A stretch of 64,000 bases of DNA from Octopus vulgaris (GCA_951406725.2 OX597826.1:33790001-33854000); one strand, 5' to 3'; positions 42,028-56,173 are shown, counted from the first letter of the stretch. A program made the numbers and translations. The notes: a model not told the origin generated them from the letters alone.

Positions 42028-42864
42028 ATGTGTGTGTGTGTGTGTGTGTGTGTGTGCTAGTAGCATATAAAAATGCACCAGTGTTGATGCCGTGTAAAAA
42101 CCATCCAGTGGATTTTGTAAAGTGGCCGGCATTTGGAAGAGTATTTAGTTGTAGAAACCATGCCAAAACTGACAACTGGAGTCTGGTGCAGTACTCCAGC
42201 TCACCAGCTCCTGTTGAACCATCCAACTCATGCCAGTATGGACAACAGACATTAAATGATGATAATGATGATGATGATGTACATGTATATGTACATCTAC
42301 ACGTGCACACACATATAGTATTTGTTTTGGCGAGAGTCATTGACGCCCCTGTGGGATTGAAAGAACAGATTAGACGAACTCTTATGAAGAGTAGCATATT
42401 GGTTGAGATGAGAGAACAGTTGTAGGAGTCAGTGAGAGTTCAAGGAAGCCATAGGAAGTTCTTGAGATCATTGAGAGTTTGTATTTATTAGAGTGTCGTG
42501 CTTAGCAATTTGAAGTGCGTCATGAAGTGGAGCAGTTTGAAGTACGTCATGAGAAAACAGTTATGTCTATCCCTGCTTCATGAACTCTGTAAATCTAGCA
42601 AATAGAAGGATACAAAAGCACCGCCATTATTTTCCTTTCACATCCTGGTTTGAGACACTTGTGTCAGATGGACAATTCTGCAGTATGTAACAGCACCATC
42701 TATGAAAGGCTGTGTCTTGAGATTTGATCTCATCACCTCATTCAATGTCACAACCACTCTACTGTTTTGGTTACCTGCCAACGTTTGCAGAAAAGTTGTT
42801 TGTCTCTACTAGAATTCAACACAGTCATCATAGACCTCGCACTCACACACATACATATACAGGT

Positions 42865-42866
42865 AT

Positions 42867-42900
<34 letters not shown>

Positions 42901-42980
42901 TGTATGTATGTATGTATGTATTGTATGTATGTATGTAAGAATGAATGTATGTATGTATGAATATGTGAATGTATGTATGA

Positions 42981-43013
<33 letters not shown>

Positions 43014-43200
43014 TGTATGTATGTATGTATGAATGTATGTATGTATTTATGTATGTATGTATTTATGTATGTATGTATGTATGTATGTAAGACTGAATGT
43101 ATGTATGTATGTATGAATATATGAATGTATGTATGAATATATGTATGTATGTATGTATGTTTGTATGTATGAAGGTATGTATGAATATATGTATGAAATA
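42865..43200. repeat. (ATGT)n tetranucleotide microsatellite
   Basis: Long gtat/tatg repeat with gaat interruptions. Confidence 0.95.
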
Positions 43201-43348
43201 GATTCATTAAACAGAAGAAAATGGCGGCATGGGTAAGATGGCAATTGCACTGACTGTAGTGATGGGCAAGTTAGGAGAGGTTGTTGTAGTTGTGGTTAAG
43301 GCTCACGTCAAACAGAACTAAGGTAAAAAAAATTTAAACAAATCTAAA

Positions 43349-43385
<37 letters not shown>

Positions 43386-43891
43386 GCACCACCACCACTA
43401 CTACTACAACCACCACCACCACCACTACTACTACTACTACACATGTATGTGCATATGTATATATATATATATATATATACTATGGATAATTCCGGAATTC
43501 CATAGATGTGTTTGTACACACACACATATATAGACATATCTATCTATCTATCTATCTTTTTATCTGTATAATTATATATATATATATGCATGTATATGTA
43601 TGTGTATAAACACGAGAATCCCTTCGTTGATGAGTTGAAAGATGTCAAATGTCCATGTAAGGCAACGTCAGCCAATGTAAGCAGACAGCTGGGTCCTGTA
43701 ATTGAATTCAAATTATTTCGTCTTTTACCATGTCTTAACTTATTTAGTGGAGGCCTTCCATATAAACATCCCTCCCCTCATTCACACACACACTCACACA
43801 TACATGCCTATATTTACTATGTATGTATATACATATATATGTGTGTATAAATATATATATATATATACATATATATGTATATATATATATA

Positions 43892-43927
<36 letters not shown>

Positions 43928-44963
43928 CATACATATGTCTTTATATGTATGTATGTATATATATATATATATATATAAATATATATGTATATATACGTGT
44001 ATGAATGTACGCATGTATGTATATAAATATAGGCAGCTGTAGCTTTCAATCAATGTAAGAACATCGTATTTCTTTTTTCACATCAAACATGTTCTGTCAG
44101 TTGTGTGGCTGTGTTTATGGCGGTGATGATGTTGATGATGATGTTGACAATGATGATGGACTTGGCAATAATGATAATGCTTATGATGATGATTTGGGTT
44201 TGTGATGCTGGTGAGGATAATTTTGGTGATGCGGGAGATGCTAGTTACAAGAGCGATAGTGAAATAGTAGTTGTTAGTGGGGGGGGGCATGAAAGGAGGG
44301 AATGGAACTGGCTGCAGAAGTAGTTAAAGTCTGGGCAGGATAGGTGATGGCGGCGTTGGACAAGATATCAATTGCAAGGACTGTAGTGATGGTCAGGGTA
44401 GGAATAGTTGTTGTAGTTGTTGTTAAAGCTCAGGTCAATCGTAATCAAACAGAACTAGGGTAAAAGACATTGCAGCCGTAACCATTTCATAGGTTTTCAT
44501 ATTTACATTGAGCCGTGGGCTACAGTATTTAAGCTTTTGTACCTAGAGACAATAGCAAGTGATTCGAGGGTAATTGAGCTACTATTTATAGCAGGTTGAC
44601 TGATCACATTGAGGGTTTTGTTGTCTTAAACATATAGACATACATGAGATTCATAAGACAACGGTATGATCTGAGTGAGATTAGTCTGCTATTTATATCA
44701 AATTAATGACCACACTGAGACCTCAATTGTGGCATCTGTTTTCCCTTTTACATTATGACAGACATTTCTGTGATACACGATCCCTATTGATTGGCATCTT
44801 TTTTTTTCTTTATTCTTCTTTCTACAATCCCTTTTGATCGAAATTCTACACCCCCGCACCGCCATTTTTTTCTCTTCCCAAAAAGAAAAGCTCTACTTTG
44901 TATTTTGTCCCCTCTGTGTTCAGCCCCGTGTGGCTAATAAAGAAGCATATCTATCTATATGTA

Positions 44964-45003
<40 letters not shown>

Positions 45004-45068
45004 AGTTTGTATGATTGTGCATTCACATATTTGCAATTTTTACAATCTTACAATTCCACAATATTGAA

Positions 45069-45110
45069 ATAAACTAGTACTTTCATCCATTTCTGAATCA
45101 TCAGGTTTAT
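45069..45110 (-). ncRNA. Minimal hammerhead ribozyme with canonical core, in a probable solo pLTR (about 45001-45160)
   Basis: Minus strand: ATAAAC-CTGATGA-TTCA GAAA TGGA-T-GAAA-GTAC-TA-GTTTAT (6-bp stem I). Flanks resemble the pLTR at 16840-17000 (actacat upstream, aagattgtaaa downstream). Confidence 0.85.
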
Positions 45111-45289
45111 GTAGTGACAATCATTTTCCACAAACACAACAGTCACTACATAAAACTAATAATTGAATATTAGGCAAATCAAACAGTGAAAAACATAAGC
45201 CAATACATAAAATTAATTTAAAAATATGAAAGTTAAAAATTAAAAAATTATTAAAATAATTTAAACTTATAAATTTTAAATATATATAT

Positions 45290-45337
<48 letters not shown>

Positions 45338-45454
45338 ATTTTTATATTTATATATTATTTTCTTAATTAATTAATTAATTAATTAATTTATTTATTTATT
45401 ATTTTTTTATATATAAATATCAAAAGTATTAAAAGTTTAATAAAAGATAAAGAG

Positions 45455-45490
<36 letters not shown>

Positions 45491-46739
45491 TATGTTATTT
45501 GTATTTGTTCCATGTCTAGCAACTATGAGGTAAATGATGGAAGTGGAAATAGTTTTGATGTAAAAGAAATGAAATGAATGGGGCTGATCCTATTAGGAGT
45601 TACTTATTTAGCTCCAGTTTACTGCTGGCCAAGCAGATTATGATGAAAAGCATTCCAGCTACGACCATCCTGCTTTTGCAGACATAGTGCATCTCAGACA
45701 ATATTAGCTAAACTGTAGAGTAGAGTCACCTAGACAAATATAATCCGGAGAGTACAAAATTTCCTTTAAACCCCCTTTTACCTAGCAGAGTGGATGGGGT
45801 ATTTAACTGTCAAGTCAGGTATTATTTGTTCTAGTCTTTGGGTAAAGAGCCAAAGACTAGCCAGCTTTTCATTTATAATAGTGGAAGGCTAGAATCCATC
45901 AGTGTGGGGGAAGATACATCCACCTGGTGGTGGGTAGATGTTATAATTGAACCCTAAGTTGTCCTTGATCAAAAATATTTCAGCCATGACCATCACAATA
46001 TTTTGTGTATCAGGCACTACATAGCTTAATACAGCTTTCCATTTCTTGAAGGGGATAGACTGTTGAGTTAGATTTCCTTGTTCTTTCCAGCAGGGAAAGT
46101 GATCAAGTAGAAGGACAGCTGATCATTGGATTGTGGTGGATACACAGAGTAGGAATTGTGTGATTTATACACATGAGACATCATACACAGCTTGGAATAA
46201 GACTGAGAGACAAGATTATATGGAAAGGAACCAATCTAAAACACAGCCAATAGAGTCTGGTGTGGGGCTGCACAAGAGTAATCAATTAGGCATAATTAAT
46301 GATTAAATGACCTAATATAACTAATTAATCATAAGGTAACAAGACTGAGACAGACAGAAGATTCTGGTTAAAGGATGAAGTAGAGTTATCAGTTACCATT
46401 AATTGACAGTTTAATAAATTAGCATGACTAGTAAATGGTAATGTACCATGATTAAGAGTCTCAAAAGGTTCTTATCTGTGGATGAACTAATCAATTGGCT
46501 GTAATTAATTGTTAAGTAAACATAATGTTGCATTGAGTTAGAAAACATAGAACACTATTTTAAATTCTGATCAGCTGACCTTGTAAATGAATATACATAC
46601 ACACATATACATACATACAACAAAAAACACACACTCACATATATACATACACACACACACACGCACACATATATATATATATATTATATTAAATTAGAGA
46701 TAAAGCCACTATTAGGCAAATCAAACAATGAAGAAAAAC

Positions 46740-47085
46740 ATCATCGTTATTATCATCATCGTCATCATCATCATCATCGTCACCATCATCATCATCATCG
46801 TCCTCATCATCATCGCTGTCATCATCATCGTTATCATCATCATCGTTATCATCATCATTGTCATCACCAAACAGCTACCATCATCACCAGTATCAGTGCC
46901 TCTTCCACAGCCACCAACAATCACAGTCATCAATGTACACATCAACTCTGCCAACATCACCAGGATGACCAGGATGACAACCACCACCACCGTTGCCCAT
47001 ACAATATGTCTCCAACTGCTGGCATCTGCACCACACCTCTCATCTTTGTCACTGCCTCCCCAACTTCGTCACCATTATCACCACA
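46740..47085 (+). repeat. Local dispersed duplication, copy 1 (copy 2 at about 49650-50012)
   Basis: Shared unique text caccaaacagctaccatcatcaccagtatcagtg..gttgcccatacaatatgtctccaactgctggcatctgcaccacacctctcat..ttcgtcaccattatcacc. Confidence 0.9.
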
Positions 47086-47090
47086 TTATT

Positions 47091-47138
<48 letters not shown>

Positions 47139-47675
47139 TTATATATATACACTTATATATATACTTATATATTTATACATATAAAACTGTGTTGTGAGTG
47201 TGGAGACATGTGGCTTAATGGTTAGGTGATGCATTCATGATCATTGAATGGTGATTTTGATCCATGGTCTAGGAAAAGTGTTGTGTTCTTGAACAAAACA
47301 CTTCATTTCATGTGGGCCAAGTTCTCTATCCCTTCCAGTGGCACTATATGTATACAGAAGCTGGGGAAATGGGAATAGGAACCTATGGTTTAGGAAGTAC
47401 CTTTGTTTTACACACACAGAGATAGATCGGTAGATTGATAGATTAATGGAGAAAGAGATAGACAGATTGGTAGCTGATATCTATAATAAATAAAAAGGTC
47501 CAAACTTGTTATATTGCAAGGTACATTCAACCTGATATTTATATTTAGGGTACAGGTGTCTGGGAAAAAATAATTCTTCATTTAATGAGAATTCTAAATC
47601 CTCAGCATCGAAAAACAGAGATTCACCAGCATCTTCACCACCATACACAAACACAATGTGCACACTCCCAAATAC

Positions 47676-47725
<50 letters not shown>

Positions 47726-47920
47726 TATGGACCCTCCTATCATTAAGAGATGAGGCTTCTATAAATTCCTGCCATACAACCACACAAATGATTCGTTTAT
47801 AGAGATCAAATGTTTTTCTTCACATTATCTCATCCTCTCCATCAAATCAACATTGTCCATACAAGTGTCAAAGTGTGCCACATATCAACAGGAGATGGAA
47901 CATGTATTAGACTTTATTGA

Positions 47921-47965
47921 GTACAAGACACATTTTGATCCATTGTTTTGGTTCTCTTCAGGTAC
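47921..47965 (-). ncRNA. Degenerate minimal hammerhead ribozyme
   Basis: Minus strand: GTAC-CTGAAGA-GAACCA AAACAA TGGATC-AAAA-TGTG-TC-TT-GTAC, then AATAAA; consistent with CpG decay of GAAA-CGCG-TC. Confidence 0.6.
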
Positions 47966-48086
47966 ATCGATAAAAAAGTCGCGCTAGAGATTTCTTGTGT
48001 TAGCTTGCTTGCCACTATATGTCCATCAAATTCAAGAATGAATATAAGCAAAAAAAAAACACTATCTATATATGCATATATATATA

Positions 48087-48258
48087 TTTTTTTTTCTAGT
48101 TTCAGCTCAGAGCTGCGGCCATGCTGATGCACCGCCGTTTTGTGCTACACTGTTATTACGACGAACCTCGTCTAATATGTGGTACTTGGTGAAGAATTGA
48201 GTTTGATATAGCTACTCTCATTTGCACCTCTTGCCGTGAGGTAGGTTCATCTGGGACT

Positions 48259-48260
<2 letters not shown>
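48087..48260 (-). mobile_element. CR1-like LINE extreme 3' end with poly(A)
   Basis: Minus-strand ORF end VPDEPTSRQEVQMRVAISNSILHQ, then ggcggtgcatcagcatggccgcagctctgagctgaaactag and an A-run. Confidence 0.75.
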
Positions 48261-48315
<55 letters not shown>

Positions 48316-48346
48316 ATATATATATATATTGTACACATATAAATAT

Positions 48347-48531
48347 ATAAGAGGAATAGCTACCAAGGTGGATTCCTAATTTGCTAGAAGAAGACACCAA
48401 ATCACCTTACCACACAGAATAAGTTCTCAAAAATTTTAGCAAAATGCCACAGAATATATTCTTTGTGGTAAAGCGATTTGGCATCTTTGTCTAGCATATT
48501 AAGAATCCACCGTGGTGGTTATTCCTCTTAT
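48347..48531. repeat. Fold-back element with about 75-bp imperfect inverted repeats
   Basis: aagaggaatagctaccaaggtggattc..tgctaga..ccaaatc..ttaccaca versus tgtggtaa..gatttgg..tctagca..gaatccacc.tggtggttattcctctt. Confidence 0.8.
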
Positions 48532-50379
48532 TTATATATGTAATATATTTCATAGTCTTTGGACATTTTTTAAGTGTGCTAGCCACTGGTTTAAATTAAT
48601 ATTAATTAATAATATTAATTTCTACCCTTGTTACTTTACTATATGTATATATATAAGCTCCAACCCATGCCAGCATGGAAAATGGATGTTAAAGGATGAT
48701 AATGATGGTGGTGAAATACATGTAGCTATACATACTACTACATACAGATATGCAAATATGTGTGTGTATACACATACATGTGTGTGCATACACACACACA
48801 CATACAAGCATACATACAAGTGTGTAAACATACATATACAAACATAAACACTCTCTTGACAGTCAATTACATTCAAGTAATACATCTATAAGTATGAGCA
48901 CAGCTGTACATGTACACACACACACCACACACACAGACACATACACAAACACAAACACACACATGTATACACACACACATACGCACATACATACTGTTTG
49001 AGCTTGAAGTCAAATCAAGCTTGAATTCACAATCAACACCTCCATAGATTATAAATTTCGTAGGTCCAGGCCTACCCAACAGAAACCCTCCAATATATAT
49101 CAGCTGGATCTATTTATCATTTGAGATTGTCTATCTGCTAATGAAGTAAGCAGCTGATATCCACACAAATTCTTACTGGCGGCATTTGTCTTTGGTTTAT
49201 GGCAGTAATGTAAGTGTCAAACGACGTTATTTAGAGGGTGGCCTTCCCTCTCTCAATCTTTCTTCAACAGTAAGAATCTTATGGATTCCTTTGACAAGAA
49301 ACTTGCCTAGAAAACCATTTATATAGACTGATAATTAATGCTGACCACAGTTGCTAGAAGGTGGTGGTGACGTTGTTGATGTTGTTGGTGGTGGTTGTAG
49401 TTAATGTTATCTGTAGGGGAAAGGTGATGGTGTTCCTCAGTCTGTTAGGATGACATCCTATTTATGATTGTCATTTATCATGGTAATTGTGAAAGATATC
49501 CTTAAGTCCTCCTGGTTGACACTGTTGTTGGTGGCAGCAGCAGTGGCGGCATCATCATCATCACCATCGTCATCACCATCATCAACATCATCATCATCGT
49601 CATCATCATCATCATCATCATCATCGTCGTTATCATCATCGTCGTCATCAACATCATCGTTATTATCATCATCGTCATCATCACCATCATCATCGTCACC
49701 ATCATCATCATCATCGTCCTCATCCTCATCGCTGTCATCATCATCGTCATCGTTATCATCATCATCATCATCATCATTGTCATCACCAAACAGCTACCAT
49801 CATCACCAGTATCAGTGCATCTTCCACAGCCACCAACAATCATAATCATCAATGTACACATCAACTCCGCCAACATCACCAGGATGACCAGGATGACAAC
49901 CACCACCACCACCACCACCACCGTTGCCCATACAATATGTCTCCAACTGCTGGCATCTGCACCACACCTCTCATCCTTGTCACTACCTCCCCAACTTCGT
50001 CACCATTATCACCCTGTACAACATTAACAGAATTTAAGATTTATTGTCTTTCATTCTTCTATTATTTAATTGTCCACCACCCTCCCTGCTCTCAACATCA
50101 CCACTCTCCCTCTCTCTCTTCCTCTTTATGTTGTTCATTCTTTTCATCTTTGTCCTTCTCTTTCTCTCTCTCTCTCTTTCTTTATCAATCTGTTCCTTTT
50201 CCTCATACACACACCTGCCATATTTGGACATACTGTTATCATTCAATGAAAGAACCAAGACAAGATATTTCATTCCTCCCACTTGGGAGGTTGCAGGCTT
50301 GTAGGCAGTGATGTACAAGTCATTACCCCTCCTCCCTTATCACTGGTAGTGTAAAGGGTGGCAGTTACATGGGTAAATG

Positions 50380-50975
50380 GGTGGCAGTGAGTTGGCAGAT
50401 ATGTTAACCCATATCCTTCGTGTTTATGTTCTGAGTTCAAATTTCACTGAGGTCATATTTGTCTTTCATCCTTTCGGGGTGGGGTGGGGGTGATAAAATT
50501 AGTATTAGATGAGCATTGGGGGGTCACTGTAATTGACTTAACCCCTCCATCAAACTTGCCTTGTTCCAAAATTTGAAATTAATAATGTGGGTAAATTGGA
50601 AGGCAGCAAGGTGGAAGAAGTTATAGCCAGGCAAAATACTTCATGGCATTTTATCCGTCTTTGTGTTCTGAGTTCAAATTCTGCTGAGGTTGACTTTGCC
50701 TTTCATTATTTCGGGGCCAATAAAATTAGTACCAGTTGAACTTTGGGATTGATCTAGAATTCTTACCCACTCCCCAAAATTGCTGGCCTTGTGTCAAAAT
50801 TTGAAATCAATATTGTGGGTTAGTGTCAAAATTTGCTATGGATGTTGTTATTGTTAGCATCATATTTCCACTGAGGTCGACTTTGTCTTTTGTCCTCTTG
50901 GGATCGTTTAAATAAGTACCAGTTACCTATTGAGGTCGATGTATTTGGGGTCTTGTGCTTCCAGTAGAAAAGATT
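50380..50975 (+). mobile_element. Cluster of three SINE copies or fragments
   Basis: Repeated ctgagttcaaatt..gaggtNgactttgNctttcat..ggg..ataaaatNagtaccag at about 50430, 50668 and 50870. Confidence 0.8.
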
Positions 50976-51696
50976 ATTAACAACATATCTTTATCTTAAG
51001 AAAAGAAAGTAAAAAAACATTAACCCTTTCAATAACAACCTAGTTAAATCCACCTCTGGCTCTGTAGTACAAATGTCTTGTTTTCAAAAAGTTCTGAATT
51101 AAAATCTTCTACCAAACCCTAGTCCCAGTTTATGTTCCTAACACTAGCTGAATGATAACTAAGTTGGAGTAAAGATTGTTTGTCAGCATAACATGGCAGT
51201 CCTGGTTTAGGACAAATGTTGCTGTAATTTAACTCCAGGAGACATCATCTCCAGCTAGCTATACAACACAATCTGTGTATTAAGGAAATTTTTCTTAGGA
51301 AATTTTTCTCTCATAGTTCCCCCCTGATTTGAATGATCAAGTTCTGTTAATATTAAGCTTTTGAAACCTGTAATTGAAGCAAATCGAAAATAAACTACAG
51401 GTGAATTAACAAAACAGTTCATTTCAAGTCACTCTTCGATCAAGGAACATGAACCAGGAAAAATGTTTTAATTTGGTCAGTGGGTACTTTGTCTTCTAAC
51501 TGCTTCTCAGCTTAATTAATGAATTGCCCTCTGCTTGTCATTGAAAAGCAGACTTAATACAGAACCATTCCTGAGTAGACTCATCAAAGAAGTGAAAAGT
51601 GGATTTTCCGATCATATTCAATGAGAACAGGAATGGTTAGCACTCAATAAAAAGAAGAATCCATCTTCAAACCAGGACTTCACCAGTAAAAAGTTA

Positions 51697-51911
51697 CAAG
51701 GGGCTGCAGGAAAGTTCTTGACTTTAAGGTTATCATGAAAGGCTTGGCTGGAGGTTCAACCTTCCAAGTTCTTTTACAGGGCTAGAAAAACTGAAGGACA
51801 GCAGCAATAAGAGTGTGAATCTGAGAGGGGAATACGTTGAATAAAATCATGATTAACTGCTCCTCCTGTATTTTCTTTTACCCAAAGCCAGGAATTTTTC
51901 AGCACTCCCTA
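51697..51911 (+). mobile_element. Mariner-derived MITE
   Basis: Imperfect TIRs caaggggctgcaggaaagttcttgacttt / aaagccaggaatttttcagcactccct, preceded by TA; retains transposase end VNLRGEYVE*. Confidence 0.75.
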
Positions 51912-52228
51912 ATATAGATAGACATGAACAGTGTTTCAGTACCCCTCATTTGGGTAGATATGAACAGTGTTGTCCATCATAAATTGCTAAACTAAAATGA
52001 AACACTTAAGGCAGAGAAGTATTGTCAAAAGTTGGAATCATTGCTCAAAAATTTGCTGGAAAAGTATCCAATCATTGGTCAATGATTAAAAAATGCAGGA
52101 CCACAAGGAAAATGCAAGACCACATATTGACCAAGTCACCCAGGAAAAGAAGTTTTGCCTCATCTTCCTTTAACTCTTGATCTTACTCCAGTTATCATCC
52201 CTTCCAATCATTTCAACATTATTTAGAG

Positions 52229-52436
52229 CAATGGCTCTCAACCAGGGTTCATGTGGCTCTTGGAGGGTGGGGTCCAAATGTGATTTTCTTGTTAAAATTT
52301 ATGAATAATAAATATTTTTATGGCACATCAAACATTTTCACAATATATTTTAATATCATTCCTAATGCAGTTCTATATTTAAGAGCGTGGGCTACTAACC
52401 CCAAGATTCCGAGTTCGATTCCAGGCTGTGACCTGC

Positions 52437-52467
<31 letters not shown>

Positions 52468-52471
52468 TTAA

Positions 52472-52541
<70 letters not shown>

Positions 52542-52827
52542 TCGAAAAAATACTTTAGGAATGAGAACCAAGGTTCAAAATTTCCTCAAGACATCTGATG
52601 AAGGCTGGAGGGTTTATCAGCCAAAATGTTGTGTTAAGAACAAACAAGATGAGGACAAATATCTGTCAAATGTAAATAATGTAAATAATGATCATTCCTA
52701 ATAATATATTGAATTAAATAAAAACAATAGGATTTTCAAAACATTGATTGGCTGTGGGAGTCTACAGGAGTAAAATAAGAACCAAAATGGTCCATAGATA
52801 AAAAATAAAAATGGTTGGGAACCAATT
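52229..52827. mobile_element. hAT-like MITE inside the mariner remnant
   Basis: TIRs caatggctctcaacc (52229-52243) and ggttgggaaccaatt (52813-52827); imperfect 8-bp TSD atttagag/atttggat. Confidence 0.7.
52368..52690 (+). mobile_element. tRNA-head/hammerhead element, copy C (left arm almost entirely deleted), HHR at 52591-52634
   Basis: Starts CAGTTCTATATTTAAGAG joined to the head through TTAAGAG microhomology; perfect 12-bp TSD atcattcctaat at 52355-52366 and 52691-52702. Confidence 0.9.
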
Positions 52828-53148
52828 ATTTGGATGAAAATGTATTTTACTGATTGTGAACAGGTTAAAACTGATATTGAGGGTTTTTATGCTTCGAAAT
52901 CTGAAGAACTATTTTGCTCAAAGAATCAACAATGTGCCAAATAGATAGGAGTATGTTATCCATAATGAGGAGAAATATTATCTTCCTTAAATTATATCAA
53001 TTAAGATCAGAGAAGAATTTGTCTTTTTCCGTCGTGAAATGCTAAAGGACTTTCTTTGCAACTAAATAGATATCTGTCTTTCTGTCTTTCTGTCTCTCTG
53101 TCTCTCTGTCTGCATGTGTATGTTTGTGTGTATGTACATAACTACTTA

Positions 53149-53243
<95 letters not shown>

Positions 53244-53933
53244 ATGTGTGTGTGTGTATGTATGTATACACACACACATACAACCATGGCTCTTTATCTA
53301 AATCCTTTCACTATCATGAAAAGATGTCTCACTTTAAAACTCTGAGAAAACATAAAAGAGAAAAAATAAACCAAAGATAATATATACCTAAGCTGTTTTT
53401 AGCTGACTAATTTTCTGAAAGAACCTCTTCTCTAAGCATTCCTCAAAGAATTCTACTTTAATCTCTTTTAAGATGATGAAAATATACAAGAATTAGCACA
53501 AACCTGAGCTTCTTTTTTTCCATGCTTTTAGTTATGCATTCCTTCTTGCTTTCCTTTTTCTTTCTTTCACCCATTGTCTTTGTCCTTTGTCTTTACTTCT
53601 TTATTTGTTTCCATTCCGGTTCTATCTGTCGCTTTCTCTGTTCTCCCAGTTGTCATGTTCCTACGCCAATTATAACAGCATGAAATAAAAATAAACACTT
53701 GGAAAAAAGAAAGGTAAACAAAGCTTTAAATTAAATTATATATATTGTTAATTGGATAACAAATTGAGAAGTAAATCCCAATTAGTTTACCCCCCTACAC
53801 CTCCTCCTTTTCCCCCAACATTTCGTCTGCCCCCAACCATCTTCTTCCTTCTTGCCCATCATCAAAGATTAATACAAGTCTGCTACCATACTCATACACA
53901 TGTGTGTGTACACACACTCACACACATACATCC

Positions 53934-53975
<42 letters not shown>

Positions 53976-54287
53976 TTACACACCCACACATATATATATA
54001 TATATACATCCATGTGTGTATATAGATATATATATACACACACACACATGTATGTAGATGTACATTTAATTTTTATTGGCATAACCCTCTCTAGACATAA
54101 CAATATATATATATGTCATATCAAAAACTAGCCATGCGGCCTTTTGTCCTTCCAGTTTGAAGAGAGGTCATAGGTCACTAGCCATCTGGATCTGATGAGA
54201 CCTATGTAAAGCTAAGCTCTTTATGGGTGTAAAACCCTGGGTAACTGTATGAATTGGCCAAAACTACCTTCCCCTCTCTCTCTCTCT

Positions 54288-54321
<34 letters not shown>

Positions 54322-55923
54322 CTGTGAGAGTTAGAGGTTGGGAAACTAACCAACTAAGGGATAGTACCTATCCAATATACTGCTAGTAGTGTACTCAATT
54401 ATTCATACCCAAGTGCTGGTTATTGCATAGCAATCTCTCAATTGAGAGTTATATACGGGCGGGGGTATATGGCAAATAAGAGAAAATGGAGAGGATACAA
54501 AATGACATACATCAACTGGTAGACATTCCAGTGTGAATAAAAAAACACTCCATCTGGTGAGAGATAAATGTTAGCACAGATTAGCTTACCTGTTGTTATC
54601 TATAGATTTACTGCAGGAACTTAGTAGTGGTGGTTGGGGTTACAATATTAGTAAAATAGAAGATGGAATGTGTAATGTATGTATATGTATATATATATAT
54701 ATCTATATATATAAAACTCAACTTGTGTGTATCCGTGTGTGTGTCTGTGTGTTTAACTTCCCGGCACATCTCCTCCTAACCAACAAATCGTAGAACCACC
54801 AAAAATGGGTCACTTAAAATTTAGGCGAATGAAAATTGAACTGCACTATTTCTATTCCGAAATTCATCTTGCAAGTGCAAAAATCGATAATGTGTTTGTT
54901 TAGGCCTTATCCCAGGCATTGAATAGTGAACTTTACTCAGTCAGCTATTTGACGTGAACTGTGTTCACCATGCGTGCAAGCATGCATAAATTGCATGAAA
55001 AATAAAAATAAAAAATAAAAAGCTGGACAATACTGCTAAGTATATATGTAATATATATATATATATATGTATGTATATAAATATATAAATATATACCTGC
55101 ATATACACATACATATATATATATCAAAAGGATACTGTTCCACAGCCCTACTAACAATCCAACATACCTCCATCATCAGCTGCCCCATGGATATCATTAT
55201 GGTTTCAACACCTGGCCTGTACCAATGTGTGTGTATGTGTATATGCATATATGTGTGTGTATATATATATATATATCATCATCATCGTTTAACGATATAT
55301 ATATATGAATATGTATGTATATATGCATGTATCTATGTGTGTATGTATCTATGTATGTATGTATGTATTATTGTGCATATGTTTTTGGTGTTGGACTAGC
55401 AGAATTTTTAGCACACTGGACCAAGTGCTTCTCAGCATGTTGGCAGTCTTTATATTCTGAGTTCATATTCCACCATGGTTGACTTTGTCTTCATCCTTTT
55501 GGGGTCAACACAATAAGTACCAGTTGAGTACTGGCGCTGAGGTAATAAACAGCCCCCTCCTAAGAAATTGATAGCCTCCTGCTAAAATTTGAAACTATTA
55601 TTATTATGCACATATCTTCCATGCCACAAACCCTATTCCCACCTCCTTCTCCATACAGGCCTTTATATTTATATATTTATATATTTGCATTTATTGTCTC
55701 CATTTCCTTCTTCTAAATTAATGTTATTTTCCACATCAAAAAGCTGTAAATTGTCAGAAATATGCTAACAGCTGGCTCCATGACACACAGACACTGTCTA
55801 TAGTGAAATGAAGATGTAACAGATAAGAAAGACAGGGTCTTGTTTCTGAGATAGTGGCAGGGAATACCTTCCTGGCAAGGCACAGATACACTCTCTCTTT
55901 CCCTCTCTCTCTCGCTCTCTCTT

Positions 55924-55956
<33 letters not shown>

Positions 55957-55999
55957 GACATTTAATATGTAGGGATATAAGTCTATACGTATATACATG

Positions 56000-56044
<45 letters not shown>

Positions 56045-56173
56045 TAGATATTATATTATTTCTGCCTTTGAGAGATATAAAAAGGCGTGCGTGTGTGTGT
56101 GTGTGTGTATGTATGCTTGTATGTGTCTGTATATTTATGTATGCATATATACATATATGTATGTATATATGTA

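Larger units (their letters stand above)
51995..52985 (+). pseudogene. Mariner transposase C-terminal remnant, interrupted by nested insertions
   Basis: NETLKAEKYCQKL..ENARPHI..EVLPHLP..DLTP..YHPFQSFQHY (HDNARPH and YSPDLAPSDY-like motifs); resumes after 52828 with EQVKTDIEGFYASKS..INNVPNR*EYVIHNEEKY. Confidence 0.8.

Noticed and set aside
54192-54245. CTGATGA..AAAACCCTGGGTA as a hammerhead
   Set aside because: Partial stem II and a palindrome-like loop are present, but there is no GAAA and no convincing stem I in this copy.
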